A stretch of 64,000 bases of DNA from an uncultured Spirochaetota bacterium (lineage in GTDB: Bacteria; Spirochaetota; Brevinematia; Brevinematales; JAOACQ01): the NCBI GenBank assembly GCA_963835575.1, contig CAWIGG010000002.1:1024001-1088000 (forward strand), read 5' to 3'. Each line of letters begins with the position of its first letter. Within the stretch, counting starts at the first letter, position 1. Shown piece after piece: positions 27,803 through 37,233 of this stretch. Under the pieces are notes generated by a model, which worked only from the letters and a program-made list of their open reading frames with translations, had not been told where the DNA came from and did no database searches. Position numbers and translations under genes: made by a program.

Positions 27803-28342
27803 ATGCGGCCGCTAAGAAACAAACCGCTCAAAAACCCTGAGGAATCACTGTTTCAAAACATTATCCATGGATGCCTGACAGGCACAAAAAAGTTCGCCGT
27901 AATGGGGATCGGCGCCCTCCTCAATTCCGACGACGGCGCGGGCGTCGTCATCGCGGAAAACCTTCTCAAACTTTTCAAAAACAAACCTTCCGAAAAATAC
28001 CGGATTTACAGCGGCTGTACCGCCCCGGAGAACTTTACCGGAGAGATCAAGCGCTTTTTTCCAGACCATCTGCTGGTCGTGGACGCGGCGGACTTCAAGG
28101 CAAAGCCCGGGAGCGTACAGATCATCGATATGGACAAGATAGGCGGGGTTTCATTCAGCTCGCACATGCTTCCCATTAAAATAATGATCGATTATTTGAA
28201 GAAGGAAATAGGGTGCAGGGTCACGCTTCTCGGCATTCAACCGGACAATATTACATACGGGGAGAAGATGACGCCGGCTGTCAGGAAGACGGTGAAGGAA
28301 CTGACGGAGATTCTGAAGGAAGAAATAGAAAGGATTATCTAA
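27803..28342 (+). CDS. hycI: Hydrogenase maturation endopeptidase, HycI-type
   Basis: GIG..L.SDDGAG, TAPEN, VDAAD, FSSHMLP, GIQP. Confidence 0.88.
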   Translation: MRPLRNKPLKNPEESLFQNIIHGCLTGTKKFAVMGIGALLNSDDGAGVVIAENLLKLFKNKPSEKYRIYSGCTAPENFTGEIKRFFPDHLLVVDAADFKAKPGSVQIIDMDKIGGVSFSSHMLPIKIMIDYLKKEIGCRVTLLGIQPDNITYGEKMTPAVRKTVKELTEILKEEIERII

Positions 28343-28537
28343 TCATATCAGAACTTATCAATAAACCATTCTTTATTAAAATACCAAATTCAGCAGGATT
28401 TAACTGGATTAACAGGAAGATTGTTTTAGTTAAGTCAAGAAAAAAACAATCAAAATATTTAAAAAACCTCAGTAGTTCGATATAATAAAGGCGGAAGAAA
28501 ATGGAGGTGTTGCTCGCGGAATATTTCCGCAGGGTTT

Positions 28538-29812
28538 CTAACCCACTTTTGCCACCCCGTTTTCTTCCATTTTCCTTATATTTTCAGACTCATAGTCCTT
28601 TAATATCCGAAATATCTTACGGACTAATGCTCTGGCAACCCTTTTATTCGCTTCGAGCCTGCTCATTCCATTTTTTATCAAATTCCTGTGCATGCCGGAA
28701 ATATGGTGGTCCGGATTCCAGTGAACAAAGTTCTTGGCCGCGTTCATAAAAGCGTTTTTCAAACGGCGGTTATAATCGTGAGTATGTTTCATCTTCTTTC
28801 TTTCACCCCTATTTTTCTTTCCGGTTTCATCTTCCACCATACCGAATCCCGCATATAACGCCAGGCTGTCCTCTTTAACAAAACGATTGATATGAATAAT
28901 CTCGGCTATCATCGTAGAGGCAGTGATCACGCCGATTCCTTTCAACCCATTGCCATTGGATTCGTCATAGGCTAAAACCCGGACAGCTTCCCTGGATTCA
29001 GCCAGATTATCCAAAATCTTCTTCATTTCTTCCTTATGGCCTTTCAAAAGAATAATATTTTCAGCAGATTGCCGGATCATCATGGAAATGGGGCCCGCTA
29101 CACCCAAGATTCTTTGGGCTATTACCTGTAAGCCGGCGATGGTCTTATCCCGGCCTCTATAAGAGCCTCCACCCATCAGCTCTTTCATTTTCTCCGCACT
29201 TAATCTCCTCCATTGGCTTAAATCGGGACAATTACACAGCAAATTCAGTACTCCTGCGCTATTCAAAACATTATGTCTGTTATCCGTCTCCATATTCTTG
29301 CCGCTTAAGAACAGGTAAACATCCGGGGAAGCCTCGCATAAAAGCTTCCACAGCCCGGATATTTCCTCTGTGATCCTGCCGCTTACACTTTCATATTTCC
29401 GGGTTATCGTCTGTAATTCGCTGTCAACAGGATAGACCCTTCTCCATTTTTCCAGAGAACCGTTCATTTCACGCTCTAAAGCCAAAAGAGCGGCGGCATG
29501 AGCATCCTTTTCGTTGTTCTTTCCCGCCGGGAGCTGGCTTTTCCTCTTTTGTTCAACATCCCTTGCTTTAAACGAGTAATAGGTCATCGATTCCTTACGA
29601 AGCACTTTCTCTAAGGGCTTACTCTGCCCGTTGCTTCCCTCGATGGCGATAATCGGGTCATTTTTCGACCGAGTCCATTCGATCAGATTATCAAGGCCGC
29701 TTGTGGTAACCGGAAAGGCTTTCCGTTCCGTTTTCCAGTCTTCCGCTTTGACATACATACACACATACTGTTGTGAATCGGGATCAATCCCGATAGCATC
29801 CCGGATTAGCAT
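28538..29812 (-). CDS. IS110-family recombinase/transposase
   Basis: GIDPD, IAIEG, KNNEKDA RuvC-like motifs; KGIGVITA..IAEI....RF.....LALYAG C-terminal Tnp domain. Confidence 0.9.
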   Translation of the reverse strand: MLIRDAIGIDPDSQQYVCMYVKAEDWKTERKAFPVTTSGLDNLIEWTRSKNDPIIAIEGSNGQSKPLEKVLRKESMTYYSFKARDVEQKRKSQLPAGKNNEKDAHAAALLALEREMNGSLEKWRRVYPVDSELQTITRKYESVSGRITEEISGLWKLLCEASPDVYLFLSGKNMETDNRHNVLNSAGVLNLLCNCPDLSQWRRLSAEKMKELMGGGSYRGRDKTIAGLQVIAQRILGVAGPISMMIRQSAENIILLKGHKEEMKKILDNLAESREAVRVLAYDESNGNGLKGIGVITASTMIAEIIHINRFVKEDSLALYAGFGMVEDETGKKNRGERKKMKHTHDYNRRLKNAFMNAAKNFVHWNPDHHISGMHRNLIKNGMSRLEANKRVARALVRKIFRILKDYESENIRKMEENGVAKVG

Positions 29813-29839
29813 TTTTTCCTCCAGCAGATTAAAATATCA

Positions 29840-30045
29840 GACCGTTCCATTTCGGCACCCTTGTAATGAGCGACAGGATTATTCAAGGGAATATCCTGGC
29901 AATTGTTTTAAGAGACCAAAACGGTCCTTGTGGAGTTGGCAATCTTCCTGTGTGCCTTGGTTTCAAACCAGAAGGCAGGCGGGTAGTGAGCAACAACTTC
30001 CACAAGGAGGTATTCTACTGAAGAATTATTTTTTGTAAACTTTTT
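29840..30045 (-). ncRNA. Candidate IS110 bridge RNA
   Basis: Two consecutive stem-loops with internal loops (29925-30008 and 29840-29926) containing segments that match the target flank and the element end. Confidence 0.65.
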
Positions 30046-30096
30046 CTCCAAAATATAGCTTACAAGGCAGGAAGAAGGGAAGGGGTACGGGAGTTA

Positions 30097-30122
30097 ACCA
30101 CAGATTGCACAGATTGCACAGA
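30097..30122 (+). repeat. 9-bp-period tandem repeat
   Basis: AACCACAGATTGCACAGATTGCACAGA; related inverted copy near 59300-59326. Confidence 0.75.
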
Positions 30123-30389
30123 AGGAAATCGGGGAATAGGGGCTACGCCCGGTTATACAAAGGAAATCAAATAAATGGAGTTCTTTATAATTTTATTAAA
30201 GTTTATTGAGTTGATATAATTAAATGGGGATTACACTGATTGAAGGTATTTTTCTGCTTTTGCGAGTAAAAAAACGCCTTTGCGAGAGACATTATTTCAC
30301 GCAAAGTCGCAGCCGTAGGACCGGCACAACAGGCATTGCGGCGGCGAGGAGCGCAACAGCTATGCCTTGTTATATGGCGTTTTACCTGC

Positions 30390-30785
30390 CTATCGGTATA
30401 ATTCGTAATAGTTTCTAGGGTTTATTATTTTTGTATTTTTATAATTTATTAAATCTAATAAATCTTTATCGCCGGTAAGGATTAAATCAGCTTCAATATT
30501 ATCAGCCAATAATAATACAGGATTATCTTTTATATCTCTGCTTTTTTTATACAATAATCCTTTTGGTTCAACAATTTCACTTATTTGCTTAAGGAATTTT
30601 AACAGACGTATGATTTCATCTTCCGGTACATGGAATTTATTCTCTAATTTGGTTTTCAATTCTGTCAAAATCCATTCGGATAAATAAATATCATCATTGT
30701 CAATACATAAATCAAAAACTTTTTTAGCAAGTCCATCTGTTAAAAAGGAAGATAGCAGCACATTTGTATCAATTACAATCTTCAA
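30390..30785 (-). CDS. PIN-domain toxin of a type II TA system
   Basis: IVIDTNVLLS, SRDIKDN, LILTGDKDLL. Confidence 0.9.
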   Translation of the reverse strand: MKIVIDTNVLLSSFLTDGLAKKVFDLCIDNDDIYLSEWILTELKTKLENKFHVPEDEIIRLLKFLKQISEIVEPKGLLYKKSRDIKDNPVLLLADNIEADLILTGDKDLLDLINYKNTKIINPRNYYELYR

Positions 30786-31006
30786 GATAGTTCTTTATCA
30801 TTGTAAATATCTTCATCAGAATAGAAACCTGCTTTTTCAGCATAAGGAACTAAGCTATCCCTGATATTATAAAATTCATCATGTAAAAGATACTTATCAA
30901 GAGCTTTATTTATTATTTCGCTTTTAGTCAAGTGTTTTTTCCTGGAAATTGATTCCAGTTTTTTTTTGAGAATTGGATTAATACTTACTGTTAATATCTG
31001 TCTCAT
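30782..31006 (-). CDS. RHH/CopG-family antitoxin
   Basis: ILTVSI...L..I.......KSEIINKAL; 4-nt overlap with the toxin gene. Confidence 0.85.
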   Translation of the reverse strand: MRQILTVSINPILKKKLESISRKKHLTKSEIINKALDKYLLHDEFYNIRDSLVPYAEKAGFYSDEDIYNDKELS

Positions 31007-31024
31007 ATAGAACTCCTTCCTAAC

Positions 31025-31061
31025 TGTATTACAGTATAATACAAATTATAATTGAAGTCAA
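31025..31061 (-). promoter_or_regulatory. TA promoter with palindromic operator
   Basis: Minus strand TTGACT-N17-TATACT; TGTATTA-N5-TAATACA (31025-31043) overlaps the -10 and start site. Confidence 0.7.
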
Positions 31062-31684
31062 TTGAATTTTAAAAAGTCAGGCAGGGAGGCGAAAAGTCAT
31101 ATGTGAAGCCCGCGGGACTTAGAGCTTTGCTTGGTTCGACAAGCACATCACATCGCTTGTCGAACGGGTTTGGTGAGCCCTGCCGTTGTAAATAGATTTT
31201 TTTCACAGGGAGACGGGAAGATATTTTGTTCAGAGTTGAGTTATAGGTTAAAAACAAATCTATTTTCTTCCCGCTTCTTGTCTAAATAAACCACTGAGAG
31301 CACCCTTCGATGAACTCAGGGTAAACTCCGGACACGGAGATTTCTGTATTTACAAGACTTTGTAATTAAACATAAGCGTATTTTAATACCCGATTGTTTA
31401 CAAGGATGATGCGGATAACACGGATTTTCGCGGATCAGATGATTTCTTCCGGTATCATAAAGCTCACAAACAATAACAACATATCAGACGACATTTTAAT
31501 TATAAAAATTCCAGTCTTGACAGTAAAGTATTGCTTTATTAAGATGAATATAAGAAACTTCGTGTATTTTATAAAAAATGAAATGCGTTTATATGGATAT
31601 AAGTGCACGCTCGCCCTCTTTTGCCGTCCGGCAGGTTTAGTGACCCACCCCCCTGACTACCTTCAGTATAGCCTTTTCAGATTT

Positions 31685-32446
31685 TCAGGTCAAAGATTTT
31701 AACTCATTTTTCTTGATAAAATTATTTAACCTGAAACTTTTACCTTCAATAACTATTTTAACCGAACCATCTATCAATCGGTCCATAACAGCGCTGCCGA
31801 TCAATGGATTGGAGAAAACGGAAGGCCATTCCGAAAGATCCCGGTTGCTTGTTATGATAGTCGATGCCTTTGTATAACGGCCATAGATTATTTCATAAAG
31901 GTCATCCTGCTGCTGCTGGTTCAAATCCTGGAGCCCGAAGTCATCCAGTATTAGAAGTTCGATTTTACAGATGTTTTTCAACTTTAAGATGTGACTTCCA
32001 TTTCCTCTGGCCGCGTTAAGGGAGCGCAGGAGAAGAACCGTGTTCTTAAAGACCACCTCGTAACCTCTCCGTATGGCCTCATGCCCGATAGACTGAGCGA
32101 GATGCGTTTTACCTACCCCGGAAGGGCCTAAAATGAATATGTTTTCTTTCTTTTTCAGGAAGTGGCAGGTAGAAAGTTCCTTTATTACAGATTCATTTAC
32201 CTGTGAGTTGAAATTGAAGTCGAAACTTTCCAATGTTTTATCATATTCAAGGCTGCTCTTTTTCAACCTGATGTTCAACATATGCTGGTCTCTGCAATCA
32301 GATTCTTCAAGCAGTAAATTGAGTAGAAAATCCGTATAGGACATCTTCTCATTCTGGGCCTTCTGGAGATGATAATCTAAATTTTCCAACATACCGGAAA
32401 GCTTCAAGCGTTTAAGCTGGGGTGTCAATTGTGTCCTGTCGTCCAT
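31685..32446 (-). CDS. istB: IS21 helper ATPase IstB
   Basis: GPSGVGKT Walker A, LLILDD Walker B, IITSN, DRL. Confidence 0.95.
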   Translation of the reverse strand: MDDRTQLTPQLKRLKLSGMLENLDYHLQKAQNEKMSYTDFLLNLLLEESDCRDQHMLNIRLKKSSLEYDKTLESFDFNFNSQVNESVIKELSTCHFLKKKENIFILGPSGVGKTHLAQSIGHEAIRRGYEVVFKNTVLLLRSLNAARGNGSHILKLKNICKIELLILDDFGLQDLNQQQQDDLYEIIYGRYTKASTIITSNRDLSEWPSVFSNPLIGSAVMDRLIDGSVKIVIEGKSFRLNNFIKKNELKSLT

Positions 32447-32454
32447 GTATCCTC

Positions 32455-33997
32455 CTATAATTTGAAGTAACCGTTATCCCTGGCATACTTGAACGGAAGA
32501 TAGGTTTTAGGTGAAGGATCAACATAGGCAGGGTCCTTCCGGTCAAGTTCCTTAATACAAAATACTTTTTACGCTCGAATAGCTCGGAGTATCATAGAAA
32601 ATTGCCCTCCTGCAGGCCGCTTCTACACGTTCTTTTGGATATTTCTTTGAAAGGAACAGAACAGCCCTTGCAGAGCGGAACCCGTCTATCTGCCTATGAG
32701 AAAGTATTTTCTCAACAACTTCAAGAGTCGATTGCCCTATGCTTTGCGCCCAGGTAAACAGCGTTGATGTTAAATATTCTTCTTTATACGGCGGAGCGTG
32801 AAGAGGGTTGCGCATATATTCCCATTTTCTTTTGGCCCTTTCATGAACGGCTATCAATTCATAATCAGAATATACCTTCACAGACTTTGAATCGGCACAA
32901 ACCATTACTTCCTGTCCGATATACTTGTATGGAACGCTATATTGCGAATTATCATATTGAATCATCCATTCAGGCCGCACAACGCAGGTTTTCCAGCTTA
33001 TCACATCCCAATCATCTAAAGGCAGCCTTGTGAGGGTCTTTAATTCTTCGATGAACAGTTCGAATGGTGATCTGCCAACACCATGGATAATTCTGATATC
33101 TGCCGTGTCCTCATCCCATTTTTTAAGGGATTCTTCCAGATCGATCGATAAGGGGATTTGATGGCCTTTCTGTATTTGTTTTTCTGTGAAGTATGGCCAG
33201 AAATTTCTTTTGATATACTTGATATCATTCTCAACGCCGCCCTTGTGTTCAGGTTTCCCGGGAAGGCAGGGACTGATGAGGAAATCGTAATGTTTGGCCA
33301 GTTCCTGATAACTTCGATTGATAACAGGGTCATAAAAGGCGGCTTTTACAACGGCTGATTTGAGATTGTCTGGAACAACCTTCCTGGGTATTCCCCCAAA
33401 GGGATGAAAAGCATGTATATGGCACAGGAAAAACGTTTCTTTTTTCTGATTATAGACTGCCTCACGATATGCTTTCCGTGACTTTCTAAGCCTTCCGGAA
33501 AACACCCAGGCTTTCCTGTTTCTGCACTCAAGGGGGTCATAAGTAAGTCCGAGATATCCGAAATCCACTTCCATAACGCCGTCTTCAAGCGGCCGGATCA
33601 TTACGCTTGGTTTAATTTCTGGGAATTTCTTCTGTATATATCGGCGTACAGTGGTCTCCGAGATATTTGAGCAATCTGAATATTCACTTATCAGTTTGTG
33701 AATAACCACAAAACTTTTACCATCTTTCTTGTATTGTTGAAGTTTGTCAACATATCTATCCAGAATATGGGATTTTTTTGTGCTGTTTTCCGTCTCATTA
33801 TATGCAAGGTCCATGTCTTTCTCAGAAGGTAAGCCGGAAGACGCTGAAAGCCATCCCTTTTTATCTCCTATATTCTTTATCTTTCTTATGACTTCCCGGT
33901 GTGTCCCGGTCTCTTTAAAGATATTCCTTATAGATTCGCCTTTTTTTAACCGGATTAATATTTCGATTAGCTGTGTCATGGTTTTTACCCTCGCCAT
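32455..33997 (-). pseudogene. istA: IS21 transposase IstA, frameshifted near the C-terminus
   Basis: EVDFG, VPDNLKSAV, KGGVE DDE motifs; ORF stops at 32552 but a shifted frame continues IKELDR...FKYARDNGYFKL to 32455. Confidence 0.8.
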
Positions 33998-34129
33998 TAA
34001 TTTCCCTCCTGTGTGATTTCATTAATTACTTGTAATGTAATTATATCACACCAGGCGGGTCACTAAAACGCCGGGGGGGTGGGTCATTATTTTGCCGACC
34101 CCTGGGTCACTCGCGGTGCCGGATTGCAA

Positions 34130-34486
34130 ATGAAACAGGATTTCAAAGATATAACGGATGCGGAAAAGTTAAAAAAAGCTGAAGAAGATTGGAAAAATTA
34201 TCGAAAGGAATTAGAGAAAGATAAAGAATCTTTGGAAAAGAATGTACAGGAAATCCAGCAAAAAACAGGGCATAAAGGAATATCTGATAAAAAAGTAAGC
34301 GAAAATAAAACAACAGCTGAGGAAGATATTGAGAATAAAGTGTTAGATAAGAAAGTTGCTGAAATGAAAGAAAAATTAAAACAAAGAAAATCATTAAAAG
34401 ACGGAGTAAACAAAGACACAGAAGTTCAGAGCAGTAAAAAAAGTACTATGGAGGAATTGAAAAATAGAATAAAAAAATCGAAATAA
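34130..34486 (+). CDS. Highly charged coiled-coil protein, probably a C-terminal fragment cut by IS21
   Basis: K/E-rich; begins immediately after the IS21 end. Confidence 0.5.
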   Translation: MKQDFKDITDAEKLKKAEEDWKNYRKELEKDKESLEKNVQEIQQKTGHKGISDKKVSENKTTAEEDIENKVLDKKVAEMKEKLKQRKSLKDGVNKDTEVQSSKKSTMEELKNRIKKSK

Positions 34487-34579
34487 ATAATTCATTCCAG
34501 AATAATTAAGCTTTATTTATGCAACTTTTTAAATATTTCTGATTTTATTCCGAAATTAATAAAAAGCCGGAGTGTATAT

Positions 34580-35254
34580 ATGAAAAAATGTAAGTCTAAA
34601 AATGAAAAATTGTTTTCTCTTTCTTTTTTTACACTTGATGAGAGAATCGAAAAGACAGTAAAGCAGGAGATAGATAAATCGTTTTCAATTTACTCAAAAA
34701 TGAAAGATAAAAAGGATATGAAAGATGTTATCTATTCCTGTGTAAAAGAATTATTGGTAAACGCATCACAATCTAATATTAAAAAAACTTTTTTTGTAGA
34801 AACGAAAATTGATGAAAAAGATCAAATCAAATATCTTACGGCAAAGAGAAAAGTTAGAAAAATAATGACAGAGCATTGCCTGCCATATCTCAGGGAAAAA
34901 TTAAAAAAGTATAATTATGATGTTCAGATTAAAATTGAAAACAAAGATAATGGTATAATCATCATTGTTCAAAATCCGAATCCTTTATATAGGGCAGAAG
35001 AAGAGCGAATAATCAGGCAAAACTTAAAAAAAGCCATGGAAAACGACTTTTTTGATCTCAGGATGTTTTATTCTGATGATGCTGTAAATGATGAAGGCGC
35101 AGGATTGGGACTTTTATTTATTGTAAATCTGCTGAAAAAGATGGAAATAAATCCTGCCTATTTCAGAATAGGGATCATTCAAAATAATACAGTGGCAAGG
35201 ATTGAAATACCTATTAATAGAAAATATATTGGTATTAGAGAAACATTTCAATGA
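34580..35254 (+). CDS. Stand-alone HATPase_c-like (anti-sigma kinase-like) protein
   Basis: KELLVNA N-box and EGAGLGL G-box; no H-box. Confidence 0.65.
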   Translation: MKKCKSKNEKLFSLSFFTLDERIEKTVKQEIDKSFSIYSKMKDKKDMKDVIYSCVKELLVNASQSNIKKTFFVETKIDEKDQIKYLTAKRKVRKIMTEHCLPYLREKLKKYNYDVQIKIENKDNGIIIIVQNPNPLYRAEEERIIRQNLKKAMENDFFDLRMFYSDDAVNDEGAGLGLLFIVNLLKKMEINPAYFRIGIIQNNTVARIEIPINRKYIGIRETFQ

Positions 35255-36504
35255 GTAACAAATAACTCGAGCCCATCAATACTTTTTATTGTTACTTCCT
35301 CGTCTTTCTTAATCGGGTCCAATGATACTGCTGTCCATATCTCCCCATGTACAAGTATTTTGCCTTTTCCATTATTAAAGTCATTAAGGGCTACGCCCTT
35401 CTGACCGATCATGCCTTCCTTTCCTGATTTTGCTTTTCTACGCAGAGCTTGTGAAACAAGATAGACAAGACCTAAAAAAACAAAAAAGGTTGAGACAGCA
35501 ACAACAGCTATGGATGAATAAGAAACGCGTAAAAATGGCAAAGGCGAATCAAAGAGCATGGCAGATCCTATAACCAGACTGATCAGACCGCCGACGGTTA
35601 GGAGACCATGCGAAGTTATAAATATTTCAAGTAAAAATAATACAAATGATAAAAGAATAAGGAAAAATCCGGCGAAACTGAACGGCAGATATTGCATTGA
35701 AAATAATGCAATTATAAGAAGTAAGGCGCCGATGGCTCCTGAAAAGATCGTTCCGGGATGAATAATTTCATAAATAATCCCATAAAAACCAAGTATCATT
35801 AGGAAATAGACAAGATTTGGATTAGCTAAAATAGTAAGGAGTATTTCCGCCCAATTTTTTTTTATCGGGTGCCATTCAATTATTGTCTTATTACCATAAA
35901 TTTGTTGTATTAAATTTGTATTATCTTTAGCGATATAATCAATCACTTTAATTTTATAAGCCTCTTCGCTTGTAATTGAAACGCTGTTTTTAACAGATTG
36001 AACAGCCCAATCAACATTTCTATTTCTTACTTTGGCAATGGATTCAATAAAGGCTATTGAATCATTTTCAATTTTTTTAGATAAATGCTTTGTGTTTTCA
36101 TCTTCTTTCTCAGAATTACCCTGATTACCTATTGTCACCGGATGAGCTGCGCCGATATTACAGGCAGGCGCCATAGCTGCATATTTTGCAGAAAGAGTTA
36201 TAAAAACTCCGGCTGATCCAGCACGGGCTCCGGATGGAGAAACATACACAATTGTATCAATTTTACTATTAAGAAAGATCTGCACAATATCCCGTGTTGT
36301 TTCAAGCAATCCACCGGGAGTATCCATAGAAAATATTATCGCATCCATTTTTTGAGATTCTGCGTCCTGTATGCTCCTTTTAATATATTTTTCGGTTACA
36401 GGAGTAATTGCTTCCTTAATTTCACATAAAGCTACTTTTTTATCTATACTGTAGAGAGGCTGAATAACAGCTAAAATTATCAGAATCAGTAATATATTTT
36501 TCAT
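35248..36504 (-). CDS. nfeD: NfeD family membrane-bound serine protease
   Basis: MDTPGG, GARAGSAG, NIGAAHPV, TM block, C-terminal VHGEIWTA OB fold. Confidence 0.93.
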   Translation of the reverse strand: MKNILLILIILAVIQPLYSIDKKVALCEIKEAITPVTEKYIKRSIQDAESQKMDAIIFSMDTPGGLLETTRDIVQIFLNSKIDTIVYVSPSGARAGSAGVFITLSAKYAAMAPACNIGAAHPVTIGNQGNSEKEDENTKHLSKKIENDSIAFIESIAKVRNRNVDWAVQSVKNSVSITSEEAYKIKVIDYIAKDNTNLIQQIYGNKTIIEWHPIKKNWAEILLTILANPNLVYFLMILGFYGIIYEIIHPGTIFSGAIGALLLIIALFSMQYLPFSFAGFFLILLSFVLFLLEIFITSHGLLTVGGLISLVIGSAMLFDSPLPFLRVSYSSIAVVAVSTFFVFLGLVYLVSQALRRKAKSGKEGMIGQKGVALNDFNNGKGKILVHGEIWTAVSLDPIKKDEEVTIKSIDGLELFVTH

Positions 36505-36566
36505 ATCTTATCCTCAATAAATTTGTAATTATAATAATAAAGAAGAAAAGAGGTGTCAAGGAATGG

Positions 36567-37061
36567 CTATTGTATTTTTAATGAACTGATGGCTGAAAGA
36601 TTGCCTGCAAGAAAACCTATTATTCTTTGAGAAATATCAGATATAAAAAAGGCAATTTTTGTGTCATGAGAAGATGGTATGAATTGGAAAAAACCTGAAG
36701 AATTGCCAATATTTATAATGACTCCAATTATTATAAGAAATTGAAATAATCCTATTATACCACCGAGAAGGCTATCCAGCCATTCCAATTCTAAAAATTC
36801 TATCATATCTTCAAGGAGGTATGTTAATTTTTTTATTACAAAATATATTATTATAAAAAAGAGCATAAATAATATAATATACCCCATTTTATTATATTGT
36901 GCTGGAAATATTGTTATTAATAGCGGTGCCAGCTTACTGGCTCCAAATATACCCCCCAGTATGGCTAAAAGGCTAAAAATCATATATATAAAGCCTTTAT
37001 TAAATCCCCAGATAAAGCCAATTAATAATAATATGATTACAACAAAATCAATCGGGTTCAT
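36567..37061 (-). CDS. cvpA: CvpA family membrane protein
   Basis: ID..........GFNKGFI and WLDSLLGGIIG; start at ATG 37061 after AAGGAG. Confidence 0.85.
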   Translation of the reverse strand: MNPIDFVVIILLLIGFIWGFNKGFIYMIFSLLAILGGIFGASKLAPLLITIFPAQYNKMGYIILFMLFFIIIYFVIKKLTYLLEDMIEFLELEWLDSLLGGIIGLFQFLIIIGVIINIGNSSGFFQFIPSSHDTKIAFFISDISQRIIGFLAGNLSAISSLKIQ

Positions 37062-37233
37062 TTTTTTCTCCTTTATATATATCGGAATTCTTAAAATTCT
37101 TGTTATAAATGGCAAAAAAGAATTATAATAATTGCGAAATAATATTATATATGCCTGCTTATTTATTCATAATGTGAAGCATAATATATCAAAAAATAAA
37201 TAATTCATAATATAATGCTTTTAAGGAGAAAAT

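Larger units (their letters stand above)
28421..30061 (-). mobile_element. IS110-family element with inferred TT core at both ends
   Basis: TT at 28421-28422 and 30060-30061; excision restores TAACAGGAAGATTACAAGGCAGGAAG, 22/26 identical to the reverse complement of 59125-59150; joined ends give TTGACT-N16-TATTTT on the minus strand. Confidence 0.75.
31622..34128 (-). mobile_element. IS21-family insertion sequence
   Basis: TG...CA ends (TGCCGTCCGGCA..AGTGACCCA and TGGGTCACT..TGCCGGATTGCA), repeated GGGTCA subterminal sites, istA-istB. Confidence 0.9.

Noticed and set aside
29859..29867. ATTACAAGG in the candidate bridge RNA matching the empty target across the core
   Set aside because: It can equally pair with CCCTTGAAT within the RNA, so it is not counted as a guide
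29631..30038. 135-aa ORF over the IS110 start
   Set aside because: Antisense to the transposase and the structured non-coding end; no motif
34079..34129. GTG start for the charged ORF
   Set aside because: Lies inside the IS21 terminal repeats
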